A stretch of 64,000 nucleotides of DNA. Source: Planctomycetota bacterium. Its GTDB lineage: Bacteria; Planctomycetota; UBA1135; UBA2386. Position numbers and translations under genes: made by a program. A model generated the notes under the pieces. It made no database searches. It worked only from the letters and a program-made list of their open reading frames with translations, and was not told the origin of the DNA. Of this stretch, positions 1 through 9,580 are shown piece after piece (the stretch's first letter is position 1; the number at the start of each line of letters is the position of its first letter). The stretch lies in assembly GCA_046290465.1 (NCBI GenBank), contig JBKAGP010000001.1, positions 6,530,046 through 6,594,045 on the forward strand. Direction: 5' to 3'.

Positions 1-994
1 CATCACCACGAAGGTGGTCTACGGCGGCATGCTGATCCAGTCCAAGGGCATCAACCTGCCGGGCACCAAGGTCTCGGCGAGCTGCCTGTCGAAGAAGGAC
101 CTCGCGGACCTGAGCGTCGCGATCGAGGCCGAGGTCGACTTCGTCGCGCTGTCGTTCGTGCGCATGGCCTCCGACGTCGAGGAACTGCGCAAGCACATCC
201 ACAAGCGCAAGGGCGACGTGCGCATCATCTCGAAGATCGAACGTCCCGAGGCGGTCAAGAACCTCGAGTCGATCCTGGCGGTGACCGACGCGGTGATGGT
301 CGCGCGCGGCGACATGGGCGTCGAGCTGGGCCCGGAGGTCGTGCCGCAGGTGCAGAAGCGCATCATCGAGCTGTGCAACCAGGCGCGGAAGCCGGTGATC
401 ACCGCGACCCAGATGCTCGAGACGATGATCGCCAACCCGCGTCCGACCCGCGCCGAGGCCAGCGACGTCGCCAACGCGATCTACGACGGCACCTCGGCGG
501 TGATGCTGTCCGGCGAGACGGCCTCCGGGAAGTACCCGGTCCGCACGGTGCGCACGATGGAGAAGATCGTGCGTTCGGCCGAGCAGGAGGCCTACGTGTC
601 GATGAGCGACCGGCGCCGCCGGCTGCGCGACCACATCTCGCCGTCGGAGGCGACCGTGCGCGCCGCCGCGTTCGCGGCCTACAACACCGGCGCCAAGCTG
701 ATCGCGTGCTACACCGAGACCGGCTCGACGGCGCTGCAGCTGGCCGGCGAGCGGCCGCCGACGCACGTGATCGGCTTCACCCCGTCGCAGCGCACGGTCC
801 AGAAGCTGGCGCTGGTCTGGGGCGTGATCCCGCGCAAGGTCCGCGCGGGCCGGACCAGCCACGCGCTGACGCTCGACGGCGACCGGATCATGCGCGAGCA
901 GGGCATGGTCAAGCCGGGCGACCGGGTCGTGCAGATCGCCGGGACGGTGCGCCAGGCGGGCCTGACCAACACGATGAGCATCCGCACGATGTAG
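1..994 (+). CDS. pyk: Pyruvate kinase (5'-truncated by window edge)
   Basis: Motifs KGINLPG, ALSFVR, ISKIE, VMVARGDMG, TATQMLETM, PTRAEASDVANA, MLSGETA. Confidence 0.97.
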   Translation, partial: ITTKVVYGGMLIQSKGINLPGTKVSASCLSKKDLADLSVAIEAEVDFVALSFVRMASDVEELRKHIHKRKGDVRIISKIERPEAVKNLESILAVTDAVMVARGDMGVELGPEVVPQVQKRIIELCNQARKPVITATQMLETMIANPRPTRAEASDVANAIYDGTSAVMLSGETASGKYPVRTVRTMEKIVRSAEQEAYVSMSDRRRRLRDHISPSEATVRAAAFAAYNTGAKLIACYTETGSTALQLAGERPPTHVIGFTPSQRTVQKLALVWGVIPRKVRAGRTSHALTLDGDRIMREQGMVKPGDRVVQIAGTVRQAGLTNTMSIRTM

Positions 995-1087
995 GTGCGG
1001 CCGGCGGGCCCGATCCGCCAGCAGCGGCCCCGCCGCGGCCGGAATCCGGGGATCGCGGCCAAGGGCACGGCGGGCGCCGGTTCGGCG

Positions 1088-1115
1088 TTGACACGGCCGA
1101 GGATCTCGGTAGTCT
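1088..1115 (+). promoter_or_regulatory. Sigma70-type promoter of rplM-rpsI
   Basis: TTGACA (1088-1093), 16-nt spacer, TAGTCT (1110-1115), about 60 nt upstream of rplM. Confidence 0.65.
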
Positions 1116-1176
1116 GTTCGCCCCTTTCCGGTGTCTCCAGCCCCGGCTGGCGGCTCCTTCGTCGACGTATCTGATC

Positions 1177-1614
1177 ATGACCAAGACCACTTTCGCCACC
1201 GTCGAAGCGAACCACGAAGCCATGAACACGTGGCGCGTGATCGACGCTACCGGCAAGACCCTCGGCCGTATGGCCACCGAGATTGCGACGATCCTGATGG
1301 GCAAGCACCGTCCGGACTACACGCCGCACATCCTGGTGGGCGAGGGCGTGATCGTGACCAACGCCGACAAGATCAAGCTGACCGGCAACAAGGCCAACAC
1401 GCGCGTCTACACGTTCTACACCGGCCACCCGGGTGGCCTGCGCGAGAAGGTGCTGGGCGAGTACATGGAGTCGGCTCCGGAAGAGGTCGTGCGCCTCGCC
1501 GTGCGCCGCATGCTGCCGAAGAACCGTCTGGCTCGGCGCATGATCGCCCGCCTGAAGGTCTACCGCGGCGAGGCCCACCCGCACGCCGCGCAGAAGCCGG
1601 CCGCCCACAGCTAA
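1177..1614 (+). CDS. rplM: 50S ribosomal protein L13
   Basis: WRVIDATGKTLGRMA, GKHRPDYTPH, YTGHPGGL, RMLPKNRLAR, HPHAAQKP; directly upstream of rpsI. Confidence 0.97.
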   Translation: MTKTTFATVEANHEAMNTWRVIDATGKTLGRMATEIATILMGKHRPDYTPHILVGEGVIVTNADKIKLTGNKANTRVYTFYTGHPGGLREKVLGEYMESAPEEVVRLAVRRMLPKNRLARRMIARLKVYRGEAHPHAAQKPAAHS

Positions 1615-1641
1615 CCCGTCGACCCAAGCAGGAATACCACC

Positions 1642-2040
1642 GTGGCAGTAGTCAACCCGTACATCTGGGGCACCGGTCGCCGCAAGACGTCGACGGCGCG
1701 CGTGCGCATCAAGCCGGGCACCGGCAAGTTCATCGTCAACGGCAAGGAGGTCGACGCCTTCTTCGTCACCGAGGACACCCGTCGTTCGGCGATGGAGCCG
1801 CTGAAGGTGACCGAGACCCGCAACAACTACGACGTGTGGGTCAACGTCGACGGCGGTGGCGTCACCGGTCAGGCCGGCGCGACCAGCCTCGGCATCGCGC
1901 GCGCGCTGCGCACCGAGAACGAGAACTTCGAAGGCCTTCTGCGTGAGCACGGCCTGCTGACCCGCGACAGCCGCGAGGTCGAGCGCAAGAAGTACGGCCG
2001 CCACAAGGCGCGTCGTTCGACGCAGTTCTCGAAGCGCTAG
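1642..2040 (+). CDS. rpsI: 30S ribosomal protein S9
   Basis: GTGRRKTSTARV, GGGVTGQAGA, LTRDSREVERKKYG, C-terminal QFSKR; SD-like AGGA upstream of the GTG. Confidence 0.98.
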   Translation: MAVVNPYIWGTGRRKTSTARVRIKPGTGKFIVNGKEVDAFFVTEDTRRSAMEPLKVTETRNNYDVWVNVDGGGVTGQAGATSLGIARALRTENENFEGLLREHGLLTRDSREVERKKYGRHKARRSTQFSKR

Positions 2041-2048
2041 GAACTCGG

Positions 2049-2152
2049 CGCGCTGGAACGACCCCAGCGCGCTGCAACCCCGCTCGCTGGAACCCCCGCG
2101 CTGGAATCCCCGCGCTGGAATCCCCGCGCTGGGAACGCCGCGCCGGGAACCC
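2049..2152. repeat. Degenerate tandem repeat of ~14-16 bp, consensus GCGCTGGAA(T/C)CCCC, about 7 units
   Basis: Two exact GCGCTGGAATCCCC copies plus diverged neighbours immediately after the rpsI stop. Confidence 0.75.
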
Positions 2153-2282
2153 TGTTCGCACCGATCGCGCGCGCCTCTGGCCGCGGCGACGGGCGCACGC
2201 TCGGCATGGAGCCGGCCGACGGAACGGGATACGCTGGCGGCGCCCCCACTCCGCGCACGGCGCGGCTGCGACCCTCTCGAAG

Positions 2283-3050
2283 ATGGCTGGCCACTCCCAT
2301 TCCGCGAACATCCGGTTCCGCAAGGACCGCGTCGACGCGAAGCGCGCGAAGACGTTCTCGAAGCTGTCCCGCATGATCACCGTCGCCGCCAAGGAGGGCG
2401 GCGGGGAACCCGACGCCAACGCCAAGCTGCGGCTGGCGCTCGACAAGGCGCGGGTGCTGAGCATGCCGAAGGAAGGCATCGAGCGCGCGATCAAGAAGGG
2501 CACCGGCGAAGGCACGATCGGCAACTTCGAGGAGATCGTCTACGAGGGCTACGGCCCGGGCGGCGTCGCCGTGATGATGGAGATCCTGACCGACAACCGG
2601 AACCGCTCGGCGGCCGACGTGCGGATGATCATGGAGAAGTGCGGCGGCAACCTCGGCCAGAACGGCGCGGTCAACTGGATGTTCGACCGCCGCGGTCGCT
2701 GGGTCGTGCCGAAGGCGCGGGACGACGGCGACGACTGGACCGAGGAGGCGCTGCTCGAGGTCGTGCTCGAGTCGGGTGCCGACGACCTCGGCGACGACGG
2801 CGACGTGTTCGTCGTGCTGAGTGCGCCCAACGCGTTTGGCGAGGTCAACGCGGCGCTGTCGGCGGCGAACGTGCAGTTTCGCGAGGCCGGCCTCGCGAGC
2901 GTGCCGACGCAGCGCACCGAGGTCACCGATCCCGACGTCGGCAAGAAGCTGATGAAGATGATCGACGGCCTCGAGGACAACGACGACGTGCAGGAGATCT
3001 TCACCAACGAAGCGTTCTCCGACGACGTCCTGAAGGCTCTGGAGGGCTGA
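2283..3050 (+). CDS. YebC/PmpR family protein
   Basis: MAGHSH start, YEGYGPGGVAV, LTDNRNRS, LEDNDDVQEIFTN. Confidence 0.95.
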   Translation: MAGHSHSANIRFRKDRVDAKRAKTFSKLSRMITVAAKEGGGEPDANAKLRLALDKARVLSMPKEGIERAIKKGTGEGTIGNFEEIVYEGYGPGGVAVMMEILTDNRNRSAADVRMIMEKCGGNLGQNGAVNWMFDRRGRWVVPKARDDGDDWTEEALLEVVLESGADDLGDDGDVFVVLSAPNAFGEVNAALSAANVQFREAGLASVPTQRTEVTDPDVGKKLMKMIDGLEDNDDVQEIFTNEAFSDDVLKALEG

Positions 3051-3052
3051 GT

Positions 3053-4000
3053 TTGGCGGATACGAAGCGGTGGTTCTGGGTCGGCACGAGGCCCGAGGTT
3101 CGCGACGCGTTGGTCGAGGTGTTGGGCGGTCCGCCGCAGGACGGCGCGCTCGACGTCGCTGCGGGCGACCTCGTCGTGGTCGACCCCACGGCCGACGGCG
3201 AAGCCCAGGCGCAGTTGCCGTTCGGGCACGCCTACAGCGGCGTGCGCGCGCTCAAGCAGCAGCGCGGGGTCGCCGTCTACGTGTTGGTCGACGAGGCCGA
3301 CGCGCTGGGCGTGCAGCTGGCGCGGTTCGCGCTGGCCGACGGTGTGCTGACGTTCCGCGAGGACGGTTCGATCGGCACCGACGAGCTGCGCACCGGCGGG
3401 CGCACGCCGCGACGCCCGTCGGTCGACGACCTGCTGGCGCGGCTGCAGAAGGAGGCCGGCGAAGGTGGCCAGGAGAGCAGCCTGCAGCGCCTGATGCGCT
3501 TCGAGCGCGAGGACTCCCTGCTGACCAAGCTGCAGGACCCGGAGACCGGCCTGTTCGACGGTCCGTACGCGACCCTGAAGCTCGACGAGGAGTGGAAGCG
3601 TTCGCACCGCTTCCACCAGCCGCTGTCGCTGCTGTTGCTCGACCTCGGCTTCGCACCGGACTTGACCGACGTCGACCGGCGCGCGGCGCTGGCCGAGGCG
3701 GCCGGCGTGTTCCTCAACGAGTGCCGCGACATCGACGTGCTGGCCCGGTTCTCGCCCGAGGTGTTCTTGTTCTTGCTGCCGGGCACCGGCGCCGAGGGCG
3801 CCCAGGTGCTCGCCGACCGCATCGTCGGTTCGCTGACGGAGCGCCTGCAGGGGCTGGTCTCGGCACGTCCGGCGGGGGGGCTCGCCTCGGTGCCATCGGC
3901 GGAGATCTCCGATCGCAAGCGCTTCGTGGCCGTCGCCGAGGCCTGCCTGGAGCGGGCCCAGGCAGGGGGCACTGGCGGAGTTTGCAGCTCCTGGCAATAG
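3053..4000 (+). CDS. Degenerate GGDEF-domain protein with a receiver-like N-terminus
   Basis: DPETGLF, EEWKRSHRFHQPLSLLLLDL, RDIDVLARFSPEVF (SPEVF replaces GGDEF); TTG start just after the yebC stop. Confidence 0.8.
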   Translation: MADTKRWFWVGTRPEVRDALVEVLGGPPQDGALDVAAGDLVVVDPTADGEAQAQLPFGHAYSGVRALKQQRGVAVYVLVDEADALGVQLARFALADGVLTFREDGSIGTDELRTGGRTPRRPSVDDLLARLQKEAGEGGQESSLQRLMRFEREDSLLTKLQDPETGLFDGPYATLKLDEEWKRSHRFHQPLSLLLLDLGFAPDLTDVDRRAALAEAAGVFLNECRDIDVLARFSPEVFLFLLPGTGAEGAQVLADRIVGSLTERLQGLVSARPAGGLASVPSAEISDRKRFVAVAEACLERAQAGGTGGVCSSWQ

Positions 4001-4067
4001 TCGGAAGGGAGGCCGTAGGCCCGTGCTGGCTCGTCGCGCCCGGTGCGCGGGCCCGCCATCCGTTGCC

Positions 4068-6752
4068 ATGTTCGACCGCTTCATCCGCCTGGCCAGGGCC
4101 AAGAAGGCCCTGCGAGAACAGCGCTACTTCGACGCCCTCCAACAGGCCTCGGACCCGCTGATCGAAGACGATCGGCGTTCCGAGGCCATCCGTGCCGAGG
4201 CGACGCAGCAGCTGATCCGGCGGGCGGAGGCCCGTCTCGAAGGCGGCGACGTCTCGACCGCGCTGGTCGAGGCGAAGCGCCTGCGCCAGGTCACCAGCGG
4301 CGAAGCCGTCGACGATCTGGTGCGGCGGTGCGACCGTGCCGGTGAGCAGCGGGAGCAGGCTTCGGCCGAGCGGCGCACGACCCGGGCCGAGTTCCGGCGG
4401 CTCGTCGACGCCGGCCAGCTCGCGAAGGCCGACGCGCTGCTGGCGACCCAGGCGGCCGGCGCCGACGGCCTCGCCGAGATGCACGAGCACCTGGCCCAGC
4501 GTCGTCGCCAGGCGACCGACCTGCTGGCGGCCGCCGTCAAGGAGGCCGAACGCGGCCACGGCATGGCCGGCCTCGAGACCTACCGGCAGGCGGTCGCGAT
4601 CGACGACGCGCCGCTCGAAGCCGCCCGCGCGTCGGCCCTGCGCAAGCTCGCGCAAGGCTGCGTCGACGAGATCGAGGCCGCGGGCAAGGTCGCGCGCGCC
4701 GACGTCGACCAGCTGGTCGCGGCGCTGGCCGCCTTCGACAAGGCCTGCCGGCGCCTGCCCGGACTGCGCGACGAACGCGCCATGGCCGGGCTGCAGGCCC
4801 GCCTGGTCGAAGCCGTCGACCGCCACCTGAAGAAGCTCGACGCGTTCGCTCCGGCCGCGGCGCTCGGTCGCGCCGCCGCCGCGGCGGGCGTCGAACTCGG
4901 GGACGACGGGGACCGGGCCGTGGCTGCGCTGGTAGCCCTCGACGGCGACGGCAAGCCCGAATCCCGCGTCGCGGCGCTCGCACAGCTGGAGGACGCCGCG
5001 GGCCGCGCCGGCTACGGCAAGCTGGCGCGCAAGGCCCACGCGGGCCTCGCGGACAACGCGGCGGGCGAGCACCAGCTGACCGCGGCGCGCGAACTGCTCG
5101 AAGCCGGCCAGCTCGATGCGGCCCGGCAGCGGTTCGTCGCGTTCCTCGACGAGCACCCGATGCACGAGGGCGTGCGCAAGGAACTCGAACTGCTCGACGA
5201 GAGCATGGCCGACCTCGATCGCCGGCTCGCCGACGTGCGCATGGCGCTGCGTTCGGGCCGCCTGCGCGAGGCGTGCACGGCGGCGATGTCGCTGGTCGGC
5301 ACCGAGCGCATCGCCGGCGAGGCGCAGCAGATCCTGGCCGAGGCGCGCAGCCGCATGAAGCTCGTCGACAAGGGGCTCGACGAGGTGCGGGTGTCGCTGC
5401 ACGGCCGCGCGGCGGCCACGACCGAGGGCGTGCGCCACTGCCTGAAGCGGCTCGAAGAACTGCAGAAGGTGCAGGTCGACCACGTCGAGCTGCCGAAGCT
5501 GATCGCCGCGGTGCAGGCCGAGATCGACGCGCTGGAGCAGTGCGAGACGGCCGCCAGGGCGCTTGAGAACGGCAACCTGGACGCGGTCGCCAAGGCGGTC
5601 CCCGAACTGGTCGCCGTGCGCGGGGAGCTGCTCGGCGTCGAACGCATCGACGCCAAGCTATGCCTGATCGGCGACGGCATCCTGCAGCACGGCGAACGCG
5701 CGCTCGGCGACGGCCGGCTGGCCCAGGTGCAGCGCTGCGGCGGCCTGCTGCGGCAGCTCGAAGCGGTGCGCGCGGACTTCGTCAGCCGTGCCGACGCGTG
5801 GCGCAGCCAGCACGACGAGCGCGAAGCGCGCGTCGCCGAGTTGCTGCAGCAGGCCAAGGCGGCGCTCAAGGAGCGCGACCTCGCCGAGGCCGAGCGCTGC
5901 GTCGAGCAGGCGCGGCAGCAGTGGCGGGAGTCGGCCGAGGCGCAGGCCTTTGCCCACCAGCTCAGCAAGCTGCGCAAGCAGACCCACACCCTCGAACAGG
6001 TGGCCGCGATGACGGAGGAGAAGGACTTCCTCGGTGCGCACCAGAAGCTCGCCGCGATGCCGAACGTGCCCCCGATGCTGCGCACCCGCGTGTTCGACAT
6101 GAAGCAGGACCTCGCCAAGGCCCAGGGCCTGGAGGGGGCGTTCCTGCTGCGCGTCGACGAGGGCGGCGAACAGCTGGTGATGCGCGGGGAGAGCGTCTCG
6201 GTCGGCAACGTCCGCCAGGGCAGCGCCGACCTGCCGGTGCTGGCCAACCTGGCCGGTCGCCACGCCTCGATCCGTCGCAGCATGTCGTTCCACGGCGGCA
6301 TGGAGGACACCGTGGTCGCCGAGCAGGGCGAGGTGCACATCGGCCGTCGCAAGGTCGACAAGCACGTGCTGAAGTCCGGCGACCTGGTGCGCTTCGGGCC
6401 GGCCCTCGGCGCGGTCTACCAGCGCCCGACCTCGCGGTCGCTGACCAGCAAGCTGACCCTGCAGAGCGGCTTCCAGGTGGCCGGCACCGACCGGGTGCTG
6501 CTGATGAAGGACCGCGGCCGCGACGGCCGCATCCTGATCGGCCCCGGGCGCGACGTGCACGTGACCGTGTCGCGGGCGACCGGCGAGGTCGAGCTGTTTG
6601 CGAACAACAGCGGCCAGATGCGGATCTACTGCGAGGCCGGCGGTTCGATCGACGGCACCGTGTTCAAGGGCGAGCACCCGGTTGCGGCCGGGCAGATCGT
6701 CGAGGCCTGCGGCATCACGTTCCTGCTGTTGCCCTGGCAGCCGGTTCCGTAG
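4068..6752 (+). CDS. Large helical/TPR-like protein with C-terminal FHA-like domain(s)
   Basis: About 690 aa of Ala/Leu/Glu/Arg helical repeats, then a beta-rich region SVSVGN...LAGRHASIRR...LKSGDLVRFG and a second similar unit. Confidence 0.65.
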   Translation: MFDRFIRLARAKKALREQRYFDALQQASDPLIEDDRRSEAIRAEATQQLIRRAEARLEGGDVSTALVEAKRLRQVTSGEAVDDLVRRCDRAGEQREQASAERRTTRAEFRRLVDAGQLAKADALLATQAAGADGLAEMHEHLAQRRRQATDLLAAAVKEAERGHGMAGLETYRQAVAIDDAPLEAARASALRKLAQGCVDEIEAAGKVARADVDQLVAALAAFDKACRRLPGLRDERAMAGLQARLVEAVDRHLKKLDAFAPAAALGRAAAAAGVELGDDGDRAVAALVALDGDGKPESRVAALAQLEDAAGRAGYGKLARKAHAGLADNAAGEHQLTAARELLEAGQLDAARQRFVAFLDEHPMHEGVRKELELLDESMADLDRRLADVRMALRSGRLREACTAAMSLVGTERIAGEAQQILAEARSRMKLVDKGLDEVRVSLHGRAAATTEGVRHCLKRLEELQKVQVDHVELPKLIAAVQAEIDALEQCETAARALENGNLDAVAKAVPELVAVRGELLGVERIDAKLCLIGDGILQHGERALGDGRLAQVQRCGGLLRQLEAVRADFVSRADAWRSQHDEREARVAELLQQAKAALKERDLAEAERCVEQARQQWRESAEAQAFAHQLSKLRKQTHTLEQVAAMTEEKDFLGAHQKLAAMPNVPPMLRTRVFDMKQDLAKAQGLEGAFLLRVDEGGEQLVMRGESVSVGNVRQGSADLPVLANLAGRHASIRRSMSFHGGMEDTVVAEQGEVHIGRRKVDKHVLKSGDLVRFGPALGAVYQRPTSRSLTSKLTLQSGFQVAGTDRVLLMKDRGRDGRILIGPGRDVHVTVSRATGEVELFANNSGQMRIYCEAGGSIDGTVFKGEHPVAAGQIVEACGITFLLLPWQPVP

Positions 6753-6907
6753 CTGCCGTTCGCTGGCCGAAGGCTCCGTCGCGGCCGGTCTGGGCCGTTG
6801 TCCGCAGGCGCTCGCGACGGTCGCACACCCCCCGGGAGATCCTCCCACAGCAAATCCGGAATAGTCGCGCTTCGGGCCCGAAACCCCGCCCGTCCAAGGA
6901 GGTGCCC

Positions 6908-7492
6908 ATGCTCGCTTTGCTGTTGTCGACCTGCATCGTCTGCCCCGCTGCCCAACAGGAGCCCCAGTTCTCCATGGCGGCGGCCGTTGCGGTGCGCGGC
7001 GACACCGAGTTGAGTCCGGCCCAGGCCCTCGCCTCGGCCGAGGCCCGCGTCGACGAGCACGTGCGCACCGTCTGGAAGGAGCGCGCCGAACGGGCCGCCG
7101 AACGCTACCGCCCGTTCTGGATGCCGGCGATGCTGACCGACACCGCGCTCGAGCGCTGGCTCGCCGACCTGCCGGTCAAACGGCTGGTCGCGCGGGTCGA
7201 CCGCGAGGACAAGGAGCGCGTGCACGAGTTCGGCAACAGCTACCAGACCACGCTGTGGATCGCCGAGAAGCCGGCCCTGGTCGAGCGCGGCGAGCGGCGC
7301 CTGCGCGCCGAACTGCACCGCCTCGAGCGGACCACGGCGGTCAAGGCCGGCGGCGTCGCCGCGGGCTGGGTCGTGCTGGCCCTGTTGCTGGCATGGCTCG
7401 ATCGCCTCTCCCGCGGCTACATGACCGGCCGCCTGCGCGCCATCGGCCTGCTCGGCGGCGTCCTGGTGCCCGCAGCCCTGTTCCTGGTGTAG
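6908..7492 (+). CDS. Hypothetical exported protein with two C-terminal TM helices
   Basis: Strong SD AAGGAGG; N-terminal signal-like MLALLLSTCIVCPAAQ; hydrophobic C-terminal segments. Confidence 0.75.
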   Translation: MLALLLSTCIVCPAAQQEPQFSMAAAVAVRGDTELSPAQALASAEARVDEHVRTVWKERAERAAERYRPFWMPAMLTDTALERWLADLPVKRLVARVDREDKERVHEFGNSYQTTLWIAEKPALVERGERRLRAELHRLERTTAVKAGGVAAGWVVLALLLAWLDRLSRGYMTGRLRAIGLLGGVLVPAALFLV

Positions 7493-7498
7493 CATCGC

Positions 7499-8875
7499 AT
7501 GCAACCCATGGAGGCCCCTCGCATCGACTCCGAGTCCAAGAGCCCCGTCATCCGGGTGGACTGGGAGGCGTTCTATCGGAACTACCGCAAGCCCGGCTAC
7601 CTGTCGGGCTTCGAGATCGTCAACAAGCTCGGCGGCGGCATGTTCGGCCTCGTCTTCAAGGCGAGGAAGGAGTCGATCGGCAAGGACTACGCCGTCAAGT
7701 TCTTGAAGGTCGACGACGACACCGTGCGCGACGCGGTGATGCGCGAGATCGACAACGTCGGCTTCTTCGCGCAGATCGACCACCCGAACCTCGTGTCGAT
7801 CGAGGACAAGGGCACGATCGACGGCATCCCGTACCTCGTCATGAGCTACGCCGGCGAGGACACGCTGCAGAAGCGCCTGCAGGCGGGGGACCTCGATCGC
7901 GAAGGCGCGCTGCACGTGTTCGTGCAGGCCGCGCGCGGCGTGCAGGCGCTGCACGACCACTCGCTGGTGCACTTCGACCTGAAGCCGGCCAACATCTTCC
8001 TCAAGGGCGACGTCGCCCGCGTCGGCGACTACGGCCTCAGCAAGCTGGTCTCGGCGTCGCGCAACTCGCTCAGCTTCGGCCGCGGCACGCCCTACTACAT
8101 GGCGCCCGAGATGCTGCAGCGCCGCGGCGATGCGCGCAGCGACGTCTACTCGCTCGGCATCATCCTATACGAATGCCTCTACGGCGAGGTGCCGTTCCGC
8201 GGCGACTCCGAGTGGGAGGTGCTGCGCAAGCACGAGACCGCGCCGGTGGCGTTTCCGCCGACCGCGCTGCGTGAGGATCGCGAAGTGATCCTGCGCTGCC
8301 TGCAGAAGCGTCCCGAGGACCGCTTCCAGTCGGCGGCCGACCTGCTGCGCGCGCTGTCCGCGCCGGTCGCGCTCGGCGAGAGCATGATGATCGGCGCCGA
8401 CATGGTGCCGCCGCCGATGGAGCCGGTGCCGTTGGAGTCCGCGCAGTTGGAGCCGCTGCCGGCCGTGGCGCCGCCGCCGTTGCCGATCGTCGACGAGCCC
8501 GCGGCGCCGCCCCCGATCCCCGGGGCCGATGCGATTCCGCAACCGAGCCAGGCGCCGCTGCCCAACCCGGTCGACGGTCCCGCCGGGGCCGAGAGTCCGC
8601 GCGGCATGCCGTGGCAGCAGGAAGAGGTCGAACGTCCGCGCGGGGTCGTCGCGTTCTTCGTGCGCGCGATGTTCGCGCTGATCGACGCGGCGGTGCGCCT
8701 CGCGATGCTGCCGGTGCGCGCCGTCAGCGCGTTCGCCAGCCACGGGGTCGTCTGGCTGTTGCGGCTGCCGTTCCGCCTGTTCGGCTTCCTGGTGCAGGTG
8801 GTCGGCATGGTGCTGGTCGTCGCGATCATCGTGCTGATCATCGTGACGCTGTTCTCGCTGCTGGCTGCCGCCTGA
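7499..8875 (+). CDS. Hanks-type Ser/Thr protein kinase, membrane-anchored at the C-terminus
   Basis: LGGGMFGLVFKA, AVK, VHFDLKPANI, DYG, GTPYYMAPE, SDVYSLG; Pro-rich linker then hydrophobic helices. Confidence 0.93.
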   Translation: MQPMEAPRIDSESKSPVIRVDWEAFYRNYRKPGYLSGFEIVNKLGGGMFGLVFKARKESIGKDYAVKFLKVDDDTVRDAVMREIDNVGFFAQIDHPNLVSIEDKGTIDGIPYLVMSYAGEDTLQKRLQAGDLDREGALHVFVQAARGVQALHDHSLVHFDLKPANIFLKGDVARVGDYGLSKLVSASRNSLSFGRGTPYYMAPEMLQRRGDARSDVYSLGIILYECLYGEVPFRGDSEWEVLRKHETAPVAFPPTALREDREVILRCLQKRPEDRFQSAADLLRALSAPVALGESMMIGADMVPPPMEPVPLESAQLEPLPAVAPPPLPIVDEPAAPPPIPGADAIPQPSQAPLPNPVDGPAGAESPRGMPWQQEEVERPRGVVAFFVRAMFALIDAAVRLAMLPVRAVSAFASHGVVWLLRLPFRLFGFLVQVVGMVLVVAIIVLIIVTLFSLLAAA

Positions 8876-8926
8876 CGGGCATCGGACGGGCAGCGGGCGC
8901 GCCGGCCTGCTATGATGGTCGCGCCA

Positions 8927-9580
8927 ATGACCGAAACACTGCACGACATCGGCACGCTCCAGGCAATGGACGAGGCCGCCTGGGCCGGCCTGCAGGAGGA
9001 CTACTACCGGCGCATCTACTTCTACGTGAAGCGCTACGTAGGCGACCACCAGACGGCCGAGGACCTGACCCAGGACGTGTTCCTCGGCGCGGTGCGCGGC
9101 ATCGCCGGGTTCGATCCGATCTACACGCTCGACCAGTTCCTGTTCGGGATCGCGAAGAACCGCGTCATCGACCACTACCGCAAGCACAAGCTGACGCTGA
9201 TCCCGTCGAAGGCGGACGGCGACAGCGACAAGAGCCAGGTGTGGCTCGAGAACCTCGCGCCGGACACCTCGCCGTTGCCGAAGGAGCGGGTGGTCAAGGC
9301 CGAGGACGAAGGTCGCCAACGGCAGATCCTGGCGCAGATCCTGAAGGAGCACGTCGGCGAACTGTGGTCGGCCGGCGAGTTCCAGAAGCTGATGGTGCTC
9401 GAGTTCCTGTTCGTGATGGGCGGGCGCAACAAGGACGCCGCGGCGCGCTTCGGCATCGCCGACGAGAAGTCCGTCGCCGGCATCAAGTTCCGGGCGGTCG
9501 AGCGCCTGCGCGGCATGGCTCGTCAGCGCGATCCGAACCACTCCCTGTTCATCGGACTCTGGCAACCGGGGGCGCGATGA
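8927..9580 (+). CDS. ECF sigma factor
   Basis: DEAAW...YYRRIYFYV...TAEDLTQDVF...LFGIAKNRVIDHYRK (region 2); HTH-like region 4; start could also be 8912/8915. Confidence 0.88.
   Translation: MTETLHDIGTLQAMDEAAWAGLQEDYYRRIYFYVKRYVGDHQTAEDLTQDVFLGAVRGIAGFDPIYTLDQFLFGIAKNRVIDHYRKHKLTLIPSKADGDSDKSQVWLENLAPDTSPLPKERVVKAEDEGRQRQILAQILKEHVGELWSAGEFQKLMVLEFLFVMGGRNKDAAARFGIADEKSVAGIKFRAVERLRGMARQRDPNHSLFIGLWQPGAR

Noticed and set aside
3053..4000. Active diguanylate cyclase
   Set aside because: Active-site signature replaced by SPEVF
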